Shown: piece after piece, positions 39,706 to 49,333 of the stretch
Layout of the letters: the number at the start of each line of letters is the position of its first letter
Position numbering within the stretch: the first letter of the stretch is position 1
Sequence record: DRR723986_5242
Length of the DNA stretch: 62,031 bases
Direction: 5' to 3' (one strand)
The notes under the pieces: model-generated
Database searches by the model: none
Told to the model about the DNA's origin: nothing
The model's input: only the letters and a program-made list of their open reading frames with translations
Program-made: the position numbers and the translations under genes

Positions 39706-40011
39706 ATGATGCGTCGAATTGGGGTTCATGTGTTATTGCTGTGTGCGCTCATGTTTCAAAGCATGGCCCACGCGATGCCATGTTGCGCCGAGATGCAAAG
39801 TACCCAGCACAGCACCCAATACTCGATTGACGCAGTTCAGCTGGATGAGGGCTGCTTCGCCGGTTCCCCTTTGTGTTGTGCAGTACCCTCTTTGCCGTTT
39901 TCTGCGGCTGTGGTGGCGCCTCAAAGCCCGTCGCCGGTGTATGTGGCGGTTGAGCAGATACTTCAAATTTCCTTTCAGCAAACTTCTCCTGAGCGCCCGC
40001 CCCGGGCTTGA
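39706..40011 (+). CDS. small Cys-rich secreted protein upstream of cusCBA
   Basis: Signal peptide, MPCC, C-x6-CC, C-terminal ERPPR. Confidence 0.65.
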   Translation: MMRRIGVHVLLLCALMFQSMAHAMPCCAEMQSTQHSTQYSIDAVQLDEGCFAGSPLCCAVPSLPFSAAVVAPQSPSPVYVAVEQILQISFQQTSPERPPRA

Positions 40012-40105
40012 TCACGCCTGAAGTGTATTGAGGGTTGGGTTGGCTTGTGGTCATCCCAGCCGCGTGATTGTTTCTCATGGCTTGAACGCCATGCGGGAGA
40101 ACCCC

Positions 40106-41431
40106 ATGCCGGGTAAACATTTTGTATTGAAAATTGCGCTGGTTTTACTGGCGTTGTTGGTGTTGTTGAATTTTGGTGGTGTACTTGCCGCCCAGCAATA
40201 CACGCTGGAACAAGCCTTGGCCGCTGCAGAAACTTCTGATTCTGCTACGCCACTTAGCCTGAGCCGGGCGATTGAACTGGCTGAACAGCGTTCTGAGGCT
40301 GTTCGCGCCCAAAAGGCGGCAGCACAGGCAGCCCAAAGCGAAGCGGTGGCCGCAGGTGAATTGCCTGACCCCATGTTGATGCTGGAGGTGAGCAACATTC
40401 CCGCCAACGGCCCCGATCAATTTAGCCTGGCGGCTGACTTCATGACTATGCGGGGGGTGGGTATTTCTCAAACCTTCACGCGGCAAGACAAACGCAAAGC
40501 CCAGGCCAATGTATTCTCCAAAAATGCGGAAGTGGCGCAAGCCAGTGAATTGCAGGCGTTGAGCCGGTTGCGAACCGGCACGGCGCAAGCGTATCTGGAC
40601 AGTGTGTTGTTGCAAAAAATGCTTGAATTGTTGCAAAGCCAGCGCACCGAATTGCAACTGCAAATTGACGCAGCCGACGCTTTGTTCCGGGCTGGCAAGG
40701 CCGCGCAAACGGAAGTGTTTGCAGCGCGCACGGAACTGGGTTTACTCGATTTGCGAATACAGGACACGCAGGCCAAGCTGGCCAACGCCCGAGCAGATTT
40801 ACAGCGTTGGGTGGGTGGTGGTGCACATGGTGAATTGCTCGACAGCACTAACCTGGCTCAGTCGCGCTTGGGCGGCGCTGATTTGAGCGAAAGCTTGAAC
40901 CGGCACCCGGAAATCATTGCGCTTCAAAAGGCAGAAGATGCTGCGCTGGCCAATGCCGAGGTAAAGCTGCAGGAAAAGTCGGCTGACTGGACCTTGTCGG
41001 TGATGTACGCAGGCCGAGGCCCCGAGTTCTCCGAAATGCTGACGCTGGGCGCTTCCCGCCCCTTGTTTGTTGATCAATCCTCCAGGCAAGACCAAGCCGT
41101 TGCCGCAGCCAATTCCATGGCTGCCAAAGCCCGTTCAGAGCGAATCGAGTTGTACCGCGAGTATTTGGCGCAAACGCAGCGTTGGCAACAGACCTGGCAA
41201 AGCAACTTGAAGCGTCTGGCCGATTTCGACCAAAGCCTGATTCCGCTGACCCAACAACGCACGCAAGCTGCGCTGGACGCCTACCGTGGTAACACGGGCA
41301 CCCTAAGTGAGGTGCTTGCGGCCCGCCGCATGGAACTGGACATGCGCATGGAAAAACTGCGCATTCAAATGGATACGGCCCGCCTTTGGGCACAACTGGA
41401 ATACCTGATTCCACGAGGGGACCAACCATGA
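40106..41431 (+). CDS. TolC/CusC-family outer membrane protein
   Basis: AAGELPDPML, DFMTM, OEP helices; GGAGA RBS before 40106. Confidence 0.85.
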   Translation: MPGKHFVLKIALVLLALLVLLNFGGVLAAQQYTLEQALAAAETSDSATPLSLSRAIELAEQRSEAVRAQKAAAQAAQSEAVAAGELPDPMLMLEVSNIPANGPDQFSLAADFMTMRGVGISQTFTRQDKRKAQANVFSKNAEVAQASELQALSRLRTGTAQAYLDSVLLQKMLELLQSQRTELQLQIDAADALFRAGKAAQTEVFAARTELGLLDLRIQDTQAKLANARADLQRWVGGGAHGELLDSTNLAQSRLGGADLSESLNRHPEIIALQKAEDAALANAEVKLQEKSADWTLSVMYAGRGPEFSEMLTLGASRPLFVDQSSRQDQAVAAANSMAAKARSERIELYREYLAQTQRWQQTWQSNLKRLADFDQSLIPLTQQRTQAALDAYRGNTGTLSEVLAARRMELDMRMEKLRIQMDTARLWAQLEYLIPRGDQP

Positions 41432-42804
41432 ATAAGACGCATATTGCAGTTGGCGTGCTCGCATTGGCCGCGCTGGCCGGTGGGGGCTATGGCCTGTGGG
41501 CACTGGGCATGAGCCAAGGGATGGAAATGATGTCGGCACCCATCGGTGCAGCCACTGAGGGTGCTGCTGAGGGCGAGACCAACACAGCAGGTGGCCAAGA
41601 CCCGTCAACCTGGAATATTCCCCAGGGTGAAGCTGCCACGCGCCGCCACATGGAAAGCGGAATCAAGGCCGGAGATGTCGACCCGGAAACCGGTTTGACT
41701 GTGCAGTATTATCACGACCCCATGGTGCCGGGCCGCAAGTTTGATTCACCGGGAAAAAGCCCCTTCATGGACATGATGCTGGTGCCCGCCTACTCGGGTG
41801 CTGATTCTGCCGACACCAGCAGTGTGAAGGTGAGCCCCCGAATCCAACAAAACCTGGGCATACGCACAGCCAAAGTTGACATGGGCATGTTGGCGCCGGA
41901 AGTGACCGCAAGTGGTGCTGTGCAGTGGAATGAGCGCGACCGGGTGGTTGTTCAATCGCGTGCCATGGGCTACGTGGAAAAGTTGAATGTCACGGCCACG
42001 CTAGACGCTGTAAAACAGGGTCAAACCCTGTTGACGGTGTATGTGCCCGATTGGATTGCAGCGCAAGAGGAGTTTCTGTCCCTGAAAAAAATGCAGGGTG
42101 AAAACCTGCAACCTTTGGTCGACGCCGCGCGCCAGCGCATGTTGCAAGTGGGCATGAGCAGCGCGCAAATTCGCAATGTGGAACAAAGCGGACGCGTGCA
42201 GCCGCGTGTGGCCATTACAGCGCCGCGAAGCGGTGTGGTCACTGATTTAATGGTGCGCGAGGGCATGACCGTGCAAGCGGGAACCACTTTGATGGAAATC
42301 AATGGGCTTTCCACGGTGTGGGTGCAGGCTGAAGTGCCCGAAAGCCAGGCTGCTTACGTTCAGCCTGGTGTTGCAGTACGCGCAACCGCGCAGGCCATGC
42401 CAGGGCAAGTGTTTGAAGGGCAGGTACAGACGGTGTTGCCACAGGTCAACGCCAATTCACGCACCGTGCTGGCGCGTTTGGTGTTGAACAACCCGGGCAA
42501 CAAATTGCTGCCAGGCATGTTTGTACAAACCCGGTTTATGGACACCAACCGACCCGAAACAATGATTATTCCGTCTGAGGCCGTGATACAGACTGGCCGC
42601 CGCGCAGTGGTCATGCTGGCGGGTGAGGATGGTCGCTTCTCGCCTGTAGAGATTAAAACCGGCATTGAGTTTGGCGGTCAAACCGAAGTGCTTGCAGGTT
42701 TGCAGGCAGGGCAAGAAGTGGTGCTTTCAGGCCAGTTCCTGATTGATTCCGAGGCCAGCTTGCGTGGTTTGGAAGCCCGGTTGAACGATGGGGGGCAGCC
42801 ATGA
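41428..42804 (+). CDS. cusB: CusB-like RND adaptor
   Basis: YYHDPM...[16 protein letters not shown] Met metal site; [20 protein letters not shown]. Confidence 0.88.
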   Translation: MNKTHIAVGVLALAALAGGGYGLWALGMSQGMEMMSAPIGAATEGAAEGETNTAGGQDPSTWNIPQGEAATRRHMESGIKAGDVDPETGLTVQYYHDPMVPGRKFDSPGKSPFMDMMLVPAYSGADSADTSSVKVSPRIQQNLGIRTAKVDMGMLAPEVTASGAVQWNERDRVVVQSRAMGYVEKLNVTATLDAVKQGQTLLTVYVPDWIAAQEEFLSLKKMQGENLQPLVDAARQRMLQVGMSSAQIRNVEQSGRVQPRVAITAPRSGVVTDLMVREGMTVQAGTTLMEINGLSTVWVQAEVPESQAAYVQPGVAVRATAQAMPGQVFEGQVQTVLPQVNANSRTVLARLVLNNPGNKLLPGMFVQTRFMDTNRPETMIIPSEAVIQTGRRAVVMLAGEDGRFSPVEIKTGIEFGGQTEVLAGLQAGQEVVLSGQFLIDSEASLRGLEARLNDGGQP

Positions 42805-45800
42805 TCGCCGCGCTGATTCGCTGGTCCATCGCCAATCGCTTGTTGGTGCTGATTGCAACGCTCATTGTGAGCGCCTGGGGCGTGGTGTCGGTGTACAAAA
42901 CTCCGCTGGATGCCCTGCCCGACTTATCGGACGTGCAAGTGATTGTGCGCACCAGTTACCCGGGGCAGGCGCCGCAGATTGTCGAGAATCAGGTGACCTA
43001 CCCGCTGACGACTACCATGCTCTCGGTGCCCGGCGCAAAGGACGTGCGGGGCTTCTCGTTTTTTGGTGACAGTTTTGTCTACATTATTTTTGAAGATGGT
43101 GTGGACCTGTACTGGGCGCGTTCCCGAGTGCTGGAGTATTTGAATCAGGCGCAAAGCCAAATGCCAGCGTCGGCAAAAAGTGTGTTGGGACCCGATGCCA
43201 CGGGCGTTGGCTGGATTTACCAATATGCGCTGCGGGACACCACGGGCAGTCTGGATGTGTCGCAACTGCGGGCCTTGCAAGACTGGTTTCTACGCTACGA
43301 ATTGAAAACCGTGGAAGACGTGGCTGAAGTCGCTTCCGTGGGCGGTTTTGTCAAGCAGTACCAGGTTGAGATTGATCCGCAGAAATTGGCCGGGTACGGC
43401 ATCACTTTGAATCAGGTGATTGAAGCGATCAACAATGCCAACCAGGAAGCAGGCGGGTCCGTGATCGAATTGGGTGAAGCCGAGTACATGGTGCGGGCCA
43501 CGGGTTACCTGGAAAATCTTGAAGACTTTCGCGCGATCCCTCTGAAATCCAGCGCCAGTGGAATACCTGTTCAGCTGGGTGAAGTGGCACGTATTCAAAC
43601 CGGGCCCGAAATGCGCCGAGGCATCGGTGAACTGAATGGCAATGGCGAATCGGTGGGTGGCATTGTGGTGATGCGATCGGGGAAAAACGCATTGCAAACT
43701 ATTGATGCGGTGAAGGCGAAGCTGGAAAGCCTGAAACTGGGCCTGCCAAAGGGCGTGGAAATTGTGGAGGTGTATGACCGTTCAACCCTGATCAACAATG
43801 CCATCGACAACCTCAGCTTTAAATTGCTGGAAGAATTCATGGTGGTGGCCTTGGTGTGTTTTGTGTTTCTGCTGCATTTCAGGTCAGCTTTTGTTGCGAT
43901 TGTTTCCCTGCCCTTGGGTGTGTTGATCTCCTTCATTGTGATGCAACAGCAAGGGGTGAATGCGAATGTGATGTCCTTGGGTGGTATCGCGATTGCAATT
44001 GGTGCCATGGTGGATGCGGCATTGGTCATGATTGAAAACGCTCACAAACATCTGGAGCAATGGGCGCACGACAATCCTGGCCAAAAACTTGAGGGGGCAG
44101 CGCGCTGGCAGGTGATCGGCGACGCCGCTGTTGAAGTTGGCCCTGCGCTGTTTTCGTCCTTGCTGGTGATCACACTCAGCTTCATACCGGTGTTTACACT
44201 GGAGGCGCAAGAGGGGCGTTTATTCTCTCCCTTGGCCTACACCAAAACCTATGCCATGGCAGCCTCTGCAGGTTTGGCGGTTACTTTGATTCCTGTGCTG
44301 ATGGGGTATTTGATTCGCGGCAAAATTCCTTCAGAAAATTCAAATCCAATTAACCGGTCGTTGATTGCCGCCTATCGTCCAGCATTGGATGTGGTTCTGA
44401 AGTTTCCAAAAAGTACGGTGGCCGTGGCCATCGTGTTGTTGGGCATCAGTATTTATCCGCTCACCAAGCTGGGCACGGAATTCATGCCGCCGCTGGACGA
44501 GGGCGATTTGCTGTATATGCCCACTGCACTGCCGGGGTTGTCAGTGGGCAAAGCAGCCGAATTACTGCAACAAACAGACCGTTTGATTAAAACCTTGCCT
44601 GAAGTTGAAAGTGTGTATGGCAAGGCTGGCAGGGCTGAAACTGCAACAGACCCTGCACCCATGGAAATGTTTGAAACCACCATTCAGTTCAAGCCCAAAG
44701 ACGAATGGCGTGATGGCATGACCGCAGACATGTTGGTGGATGAACTCGACAAAATTGTTCGGGTACCCGGCTTAACGAATATTTGGGTGCCGCCCATTCG
44801 CAACCGGATTGACATGCTGGCCACGGGTATTAAAAGCCCTGTGGGTGTGAAGGTGACAGGCCCTGATCTCGCCACTATCAATGAACTGGCGGTGCAGGTT
44901 GAAAAGGCAGTCAAAAACATTGAGGGTGTCAGCAGTGCCTTTGCGGAACGGTTGACCGGTGGACGTTATATTGATGTGGATATCGATCGCGACAAGGCCG
45001 CGCGTTATGGCATGAATATCTCGGATATCCAGTCGATTATTTCAAGCGCAGTAGGCGGCATGAACATTGGCGAAACTGTGGAAGGTTTGCAGCGTTTTCC
45101 AATCAATGTGCGCTACCCGCGTGAACTGCGCGATTCCTTGACCCGTCTGCGTGCCCTGCCTGTTTACACCGATTTGGGGCAGCGCATTGTGTTGGCCGAT
45201 GTGGCCACCATTCAAATCACAGATGGCCCACCCATGTTACGCAGTGAAAATTCACGGCTGGCGGGCTATGTGTACATTGACATTCGGGGGCGAGACTTGC
45301 GCTCAGCGGTGCTCGATATGCAAAGTGCGGTGGCAGAGCAAGTCAATTTGCCGGCGGGCTATTCCATGTCTTGGTCGGGCCAGTTTGAATATCTCGAACG
45401 TGCCACCGAGAAACTGAAACTGGTGGTGCCATTCACGCTGCTCATTATTTTTGTGTTGCTGTACATGACCTTCAAGCAAGTCGATGAAGCCTTGCTGATC
45501 ATGGCAACCCTGCCTTTCGCATTGATTGGTGGTGCATGGCTGCTCTGGATGCTCGATTTCAATTTGTCGGTGGCCGGCGCAGTCGGCTTCATTGCACTGG
45601 CGGGTGTGGCAGCAGAATTCGGCGTCATCATGCTGCTGTATTTGAATCAAAGCTGGGCCAGCCGGGTGAAGCGCGGAAACATCAACGAAGAAGATTTGCT
45701 GGATGCGATTCGCGAAGGCGCTGTGCTTCGGGTTCGTCCCAAAGCCATGACGGTTCTTACTATTCTTGCTGGGTTAATACCGATTATGTGGGGTACCGGT

Positions 45801-45935
45801 ACAGGAAGTGAGGTCATGCAACGCATCGCCGCACCCATGGTAGGTGGTATGGTAAGTGCCCCATTGTTGTCCATGTTTGTCATTCCAGCGGTGTTTTTGC
45901 TGATCCGGCGTGGACAAACCCGCAACCCGGCGTGA
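42801..45935 (+). CDS. cusA: Cu(I)/Ag(I) RND permease
   Basis: [22 protein letters not shown], Met-triad contexts LLYMP, MEMFET and IDMLATG. Confidence 0.93.
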   Translation: MIAALIRWSIANRLLVLIATLIVSAWGVVSVYKTPLDALPDLSDVQVIVRTSYPGQAPQIVENQVTYPLTTTMLSVPGAKDVRGFSFFGDSFVYIIFEDGVDLYWARSRVLEYLNQAQSQMPASAKSVLGPDATGVGWIYQYALRDTTGSLDVSQLRALQDWFLRYELKTVEDVAEVASVGGFVKQYQVEIDPQKLAGYGITLNQVIEAINNANQEAGGSVIELGEAEYMVRATGYLENLEDFRAIPLKSSASGIPVQLGEVARIQTGPEMRRGIGELNGNGESVGGIVVMRSGKNALQTIDAVKAKLESLKLGLPKGVEIVEVYDRSTLINNAIDNLSFKLLEEFMVVALVCFVFLLHFRSAFVAIVSLPLGVLISFIVMQQQGVNANVMSLGGIAIAIGAMVDAALVMIENAHKHLEQWAHDNPGQKLEGAARWQVIGDAAVEVGPALFSSLLVITLSFIPVFTLEAQEGRLFSPLAYTKTYAMAASAGLAVTLIPVLMGYLIRGKIPSENSNPINRSLIAAYRPALDVVLKFPKSTVAVAIVLLGISIYPLTKLGTEFMPPLDEGDLLYMPTALPGLSVGKAAELLQQTDRLIKTLPEVESVYGKAGRAETATDPAPMEMFETTIQFKPKDEWRDGMTADMLVDELDKIVRVPGLTNIWVPPIRNRIDMLATGIKSPVGVKVTGPDLATINELAVQVEKAVKNIEGVSSAFAERLTGGRYIDVDIDRDKAARYGMNISDIQSIISSAVGGMNIGETVEGLQRFPINVRYPRELRDSLTRLRALPVYTDLGQRIVLADVATIQITDGPPMLRSENSRLAGYVYIDIRGRDLRSAVLDMQSAVAEQVNLPAGYSMSWSGQFEYLERATEKLKLVVPFTLLIIFVLLYMTFKQVDEALLIMATLPFALIGGAWLLWMLDFNLSVAGAVGFIALAGVAAEFGVIMLLYLNQSWASRVKRGNINEEDLLDAIREGAVLRVRPKAMTVLTILAGLIPIMWGTGTGSEVMQRIAAPMVGGMVSAPLLSMFVIPAVFLLIRRGQTRNPA

Positions 45936-46036
45936 ATTGGGTGTGTGCTATGTAAACCCAGACCGAAGTGTGACGTTGAGAAAGGTGCAGCTTGATTGTC
46001 TATATCCCAACCTCACTCACAGAAGGTCAACCAGCC

Positions 46037-46552
46037 ATGTTCAACAAAAGCAGCAGGTCGCGCTCCCTGTCGTTCGATTCACATCGGCGGCAGGGCTCAT
46101 TTCTGGGCAAAGCCAGTAAATTTCTTTTTGTAGTGTTCAGCCTCATGGTCGCTACCGCACTCACTTTGTTCGGGGTGTCCTCGTGTCAGGAAAAAGCCGC
46201 GGCTCAGCAGGTATTGTCGTACGCATCGAAAAACAATTGCGAATTCCGGTTTGAGGGCGTCGGCCATACCCTGATCGAAAACCACTGCGGCAATAATGCC
46301 GGGGTGTATTTCATGACGCCCCAAGGCCTGCACACAGCACCTCTGATCGATCCGGAAGTCAGCACCTTGGTGAAGCAGCACGGATGTGAAGCCCCCAACA
46401 GCTGTGTATTTAATCTGGAAATGAAGACCCGTGCCATCAGTGGCCAGTTTGATTACACCATCAATGGCAAGCAGGGTTTTTACAGTTTTGAATGGCCTCG
46501 GGACGAGCAACCTCGCTTGGTAGAAAGCAGCAGTGCATCCAATAAGTCTTGA
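46037..46552 (+). CDS. hypothetical membrane-anchored protein
   Basis: One TM then a Cys-containing soluble domain; no family recognised. Confidence 0.55.
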   Translation: MFNKSSRSRSLSFDSHRRQGSFLGKASKFLFVVFSLMVATALTLFGVSSCQEKAAAQQVLSYASKNNCEFRFEGVGHTLIENHCGNNAGVYFMTPQGLHTAPLIDPEVSTLVKQHGCEAPNSCVFNLEMKTRAISGQFDYTINGKQGFYSFEWPRDEQPRLVESSSASNKS

Positions 46553-46571
46553 TGCCTTTCTGCGTTCACCA

Positions 46572-46593
46572 TGTTTTTTAAGCTTCAATTCAG
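46572..46593 (+). promoter_or_regulatory. OmpR-type box TTAAG-N6-TTCAG upstream of pepSY-RR-HK
   Basis: 46572-46592 is 20/21 identical to the reverse complement of 49300-49320. Confidence 0.7.
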
Positions 46594-46618
46594 GTGAATC
46601 GGGTACAGTACTTTCATC

Positions 46619-46927
46619 ATGAAAGTCCGTGCCCTCACTTTTCCTTTTCTTCTGCTCTGCCTGGCTTTGGTTTTACCGCCCTTTGCACACGCAGATGACG
46701 ACAAACGTATTCGCCAGCTTCAACGCAGTGGCGAAATTCTCTCGCTTGAGCAAATTTTCGATCGTGCCCGAAAGGTCAAGCCTGGGCGTGTGGTCGATGT
46801 CGATCTCGACAAAGACGATGGACGTTACATCTATGAAATAGAATTGCTTGAGAGCAGTGGCAAAGTGTGGGAAATGGAGTTCGATGCCCGCACCGGCGAA
46901 CTGCTGCAACTTGAACAGGACGATTAA
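46619..46927 (+). CDS. PepSY domain protein
   Basis: Signal peptide; GEILSLEQI, YIYEIEL, FDARTGELL. Confidence 0.88.
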   Translation: MKVRALTFPFLLLCLALVLPPFAHADDDKRIRQLQRSGEILSLEQIFDRARKVKPGRVVDVDLDKDDGRYIYEIELLESSGKVWEMEFDARTGELLQLEQDD

Positions 46928-46932
46928 GCGCC

Positions 46933-47601
46933 ATGCGACTGCTTTTGGTAGAGGATGACCCGGTACTGGGTGCGCAGTTGCACAAGCAACTTGGCAAGGC
47001 AGGCTATGCGGCGGATTGGGTACAAGATGGCATTGAGGCCGAAGTGCAGGGTTGTATTGAACCTTATGATTTGGTGGTACTCGACTTGGGCCTGCCCGGC
47101 AAACCGGGTTTGGATGTGTTGAGAACCTGGCGTAAGCAAGGTCTGAAATTGCCGGTCATTGTGCTGACTGCGCGGGGAACCTGGCAGGAAAAAGTGGAAG
47201 GTTTCAATGCGGGCGCTGACGACTATGTGCCCAAGCCCTTTCAAACTGAAGAATTGCTGGCGCGCATTGGTGCCGTACTCAAGCGTGCTGTGGGCAACGC
47301 GCCCGAGTCTTTGAAAGCCAAAGGCTTGCTGCTGGATGAGGCCTTGCAGACGGTTCAGGTGAATGATGAAGAACCCCAACAACTCACTGCTACAGAATTT
47401 CGCTTGCTGCGCTATTTCATGTTGCACCCCGGGCAGCCTTTGAGCAAAACAAGGTTGACCGAGCATGTGTATGAATACGATGCCGACAAGGACAGCAATG
47501 TGATGGAGGTGTATGTGAACCGCTTGCGCAAGAAAATTGGCGCACAGTGGATACAAACCCGAAAAGGGCAAGGCTATATATTTGGCGAGCCTGCACCATG
47601 A
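46933..47601 (+). CDS. OmpR/PhoP-family response regulator
   Basis: MRLLLVEDD, DLGLPG, GADDYVPKPF, DSNVMEVYV, TRKGQGY. Confidence 0.93.
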   Translation: MRLLLVEDDPVLGAQLHKQLGKAGYAADWVQDGIEAEVQGCIEPYDLVVLDLGLPGKPGLDVLRTWRKQGLKLPVIVLTARGTWQEKVEGFNAGADDYVPKPFQTEELLARIGAVLKRAVGNAPESLKAKGLLLDEALQTVQVNDEEPQQLTATEFRLLRYFMLHPGQPLSKTRLTEHVYEYDADKDSNVMEVYVNRLRKKIGAQWIQTRKGQGYIFGEPAP

Positions 47602-48908
47602 ATTCACTGCGCAACCGCTTGTCGTTCGGTTTGATTGTCAGTCTCATGGTGCTGCTGCTGGCACAGTGGTGGCTTTCCTCCAGGGCCATTGAAAACCTGC
47701 TGGAGAAACAATTGCTAGACCAGCTACAGCTTGACAGTGAAGCCTTGCTGGCCGGTGTCGAATTTGATGCCGCGGGTGCTTTGGCCCTCAGTACCAGCGG
47801 TTTGGTTCCCGCGTATCAACAGCCTTATTCCGGCACTTACTTTGCCTTGCAACACCAAGCGGAAGTTCGCTATTCACGTTCGCTTTGGGATGCAGATTTT
47901 AATATTACCCGGCCCGAGGGTTCCTCGGTTTTCATTACTCGCCAGCCGGGGCCTGACGGCCAACACCTCCTGGTGCATGCGCGCAATTATGAGAAAGACA
48001 ATCAACAGTTCACCATTGCGATTGCGCGCGACATCACCCCATTGCGCAATAACCTGAAGCAATATCAGCTGGCCAACGCGGGTTTCTCAGCGCTTTTTTT
48101 GCTGGCACTTGTGTTGATTCAGCGCTTGATCGTGATTAACACCTTAAAGCCCCTCAATGCAGTGCAAGCAGCCTTGGCCCGTTTGCAACAAGGCGAAATC
48201 AGGCAGCTTGAATTTCAGGGCCCCGATGAAATCAAACCCTTGGTTGATGAGTTGAATCGTTTGCTCACTGCGATTGATCAGCGCTTGAAACGATCCCGCG
48301 AGGGCATGGGCAATTTGGCCCATGCCTTGAAAACCCGACTCGCCCGGCTCTCACAACTCAGCGATGAATCAGACCGTCGCCAATTCATCCAAGAGGTTCA
48401 CACATTGACTGCAGAGGTGGCCCGTTTGATTGATCGGGAAACAGCCCGCGTGCGGGTGGTGGGGGATTTGCGTCCAGGCCAGCGCATTGATTTGCTTGAA
48501 ATACTGAAAGCCTTGGCGAGCAGTTGCAAGGCACTTTACCGCGACAAGGCTTTGCATTTTGACATTCAGGTTCCCCAAGGTACTACGCTGCTGGGCGATC
48601 GTGAAGATTTGTTCGAGCTGTTTGGCAATTTAATCGACAATGCATCGAAGTGGGCCAACAACCAAGTCATCATCTCACTTCAAGGCACCACCCTTGAAAT
48701 TCGTGACGATGGTCCGGGTTGCCCCGCCGACTCGCTGGCTGAAATCACCCAGCGAGGTTTTCGGGCCGATGAAAACACACCGGGCAGCGGTTTGGGCTTG
48801 GCGATTGCGCAAGACATTGCAGGTACTTATGGTGCAGTGCTTGAATTCGCAAACAAGGCGCCAGGGCTTGCGGTGCGTATCACCTTCAAGCCCGGCACAC
48901 TGATTTAG
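47598..48908 (+). CDS. sensor histidine kinase (PhoQ/BqsS-like)
   Basis: YQQPYSGTYF, SRSLWD, GNLAHALKT, GNLIDNASKWA, DDGPG, GSGLGLAI. Confidence 0.9.
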   Translation: MNSLRNRLSFGLIVSLMVLLLAQWWLSSRAIENLLEKQLLDQLQLDSEALLAGVEFDAAGALALSTSGLVPAYQQPYSGTYFALQHQAEVRYSRSLWDADFNITRPEGSSVFITRQPGPDGQHLLVHARNYEKDNQQFTIAIARDITPLRNNLKQYQLANAGFSALFLLALVLIQRLIVINTLKPLNAVQAALARLQQGEIRQLEFQGPDEIKPLVDELNRLLTAIDQRLKRSREGMGNLAHALKTRLARLSQLSDESDRRQFIQEVHTLTAEVARLIDRETARVRVVGDLRPGQRIDLLEILKALASSCKALYRDKALHFDIQVPQGTTLLGDREDLFELFGNLIDNASKWANNQVIISLQGTTLEIRDDGPGCPADSLAEITQRGFRADENTPGSGLGLAIAQDIAGTYGAVLEFANKAPGLAVRITFKPGTLI

Positions 48909-49249
48909 AACCAGTCTTTGTCAACCTTCAACACTTTGCCGGTTTTCGCATCCACGTCCACTTCCACTTCGCGGCCATCGGCATTGACCACCTCCACTTC
49001 CCACTTCCAGCCTTTGGCATAGTCGCGGTCATCCAGCTCCAGTTCGGTTACCACGCCCGGGGCTTCTTTCAGTGCAATCTCACGGGCCTGTTCAGCGCTG
49101 ATCAAACCAAAAGCTTTAACAATCTCAGTGTCTCGCGTTGCATTTGATCGGTCATCATCGGCATGCGATGCCTTGGGCATTGCCATCAGCGTGGCAGTTA
49201 GCAAAATCAAGGCAAGGGCAGACAAAGTTGGGGTAGGGCGACGAATCAT
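48905..49249 (-). CDS. PepSY domain protein
   Basis: Signal peptide; ISAEQAREIAL, ELELD, VDAKTGKVL; GGAG RBS. Confidence 0.88.
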   Translation of the reverse strand: MIRRPTPTLSALALILLTATLMAMPKASHADDDRSNATRDTEIVKAFGLISAEQAREIALKEAPGVVTELELDDRDYAKGWKWEVEVVNADGREVEVDVDAKTGKVLKVDKDWF

Positions 49250-49298
49250 GTTGTTTCTCCTGTGTGGGTTCAATGTGTTCCCAGTTTAGGAAAGCAAG

Positions 49299-49320
49299 AT
49301 GAATTGAAGCTGAAAAAACA
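49299..49320 (-). promoter_or_regulatory. OmpR-type box TTCAG-N6-TTCAT upstream of the second pepSY
   Basis: Inverted near-copy of 46572-46593. Confidence 0.7.
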
Positions 49321-49333
49321 GACCGGGATTGTC

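Noticed and set aside
26620-45935. Metal-resistance transposon
   Set aside because: No transposase, resolvase or terminal repeats seen; composition is host-like
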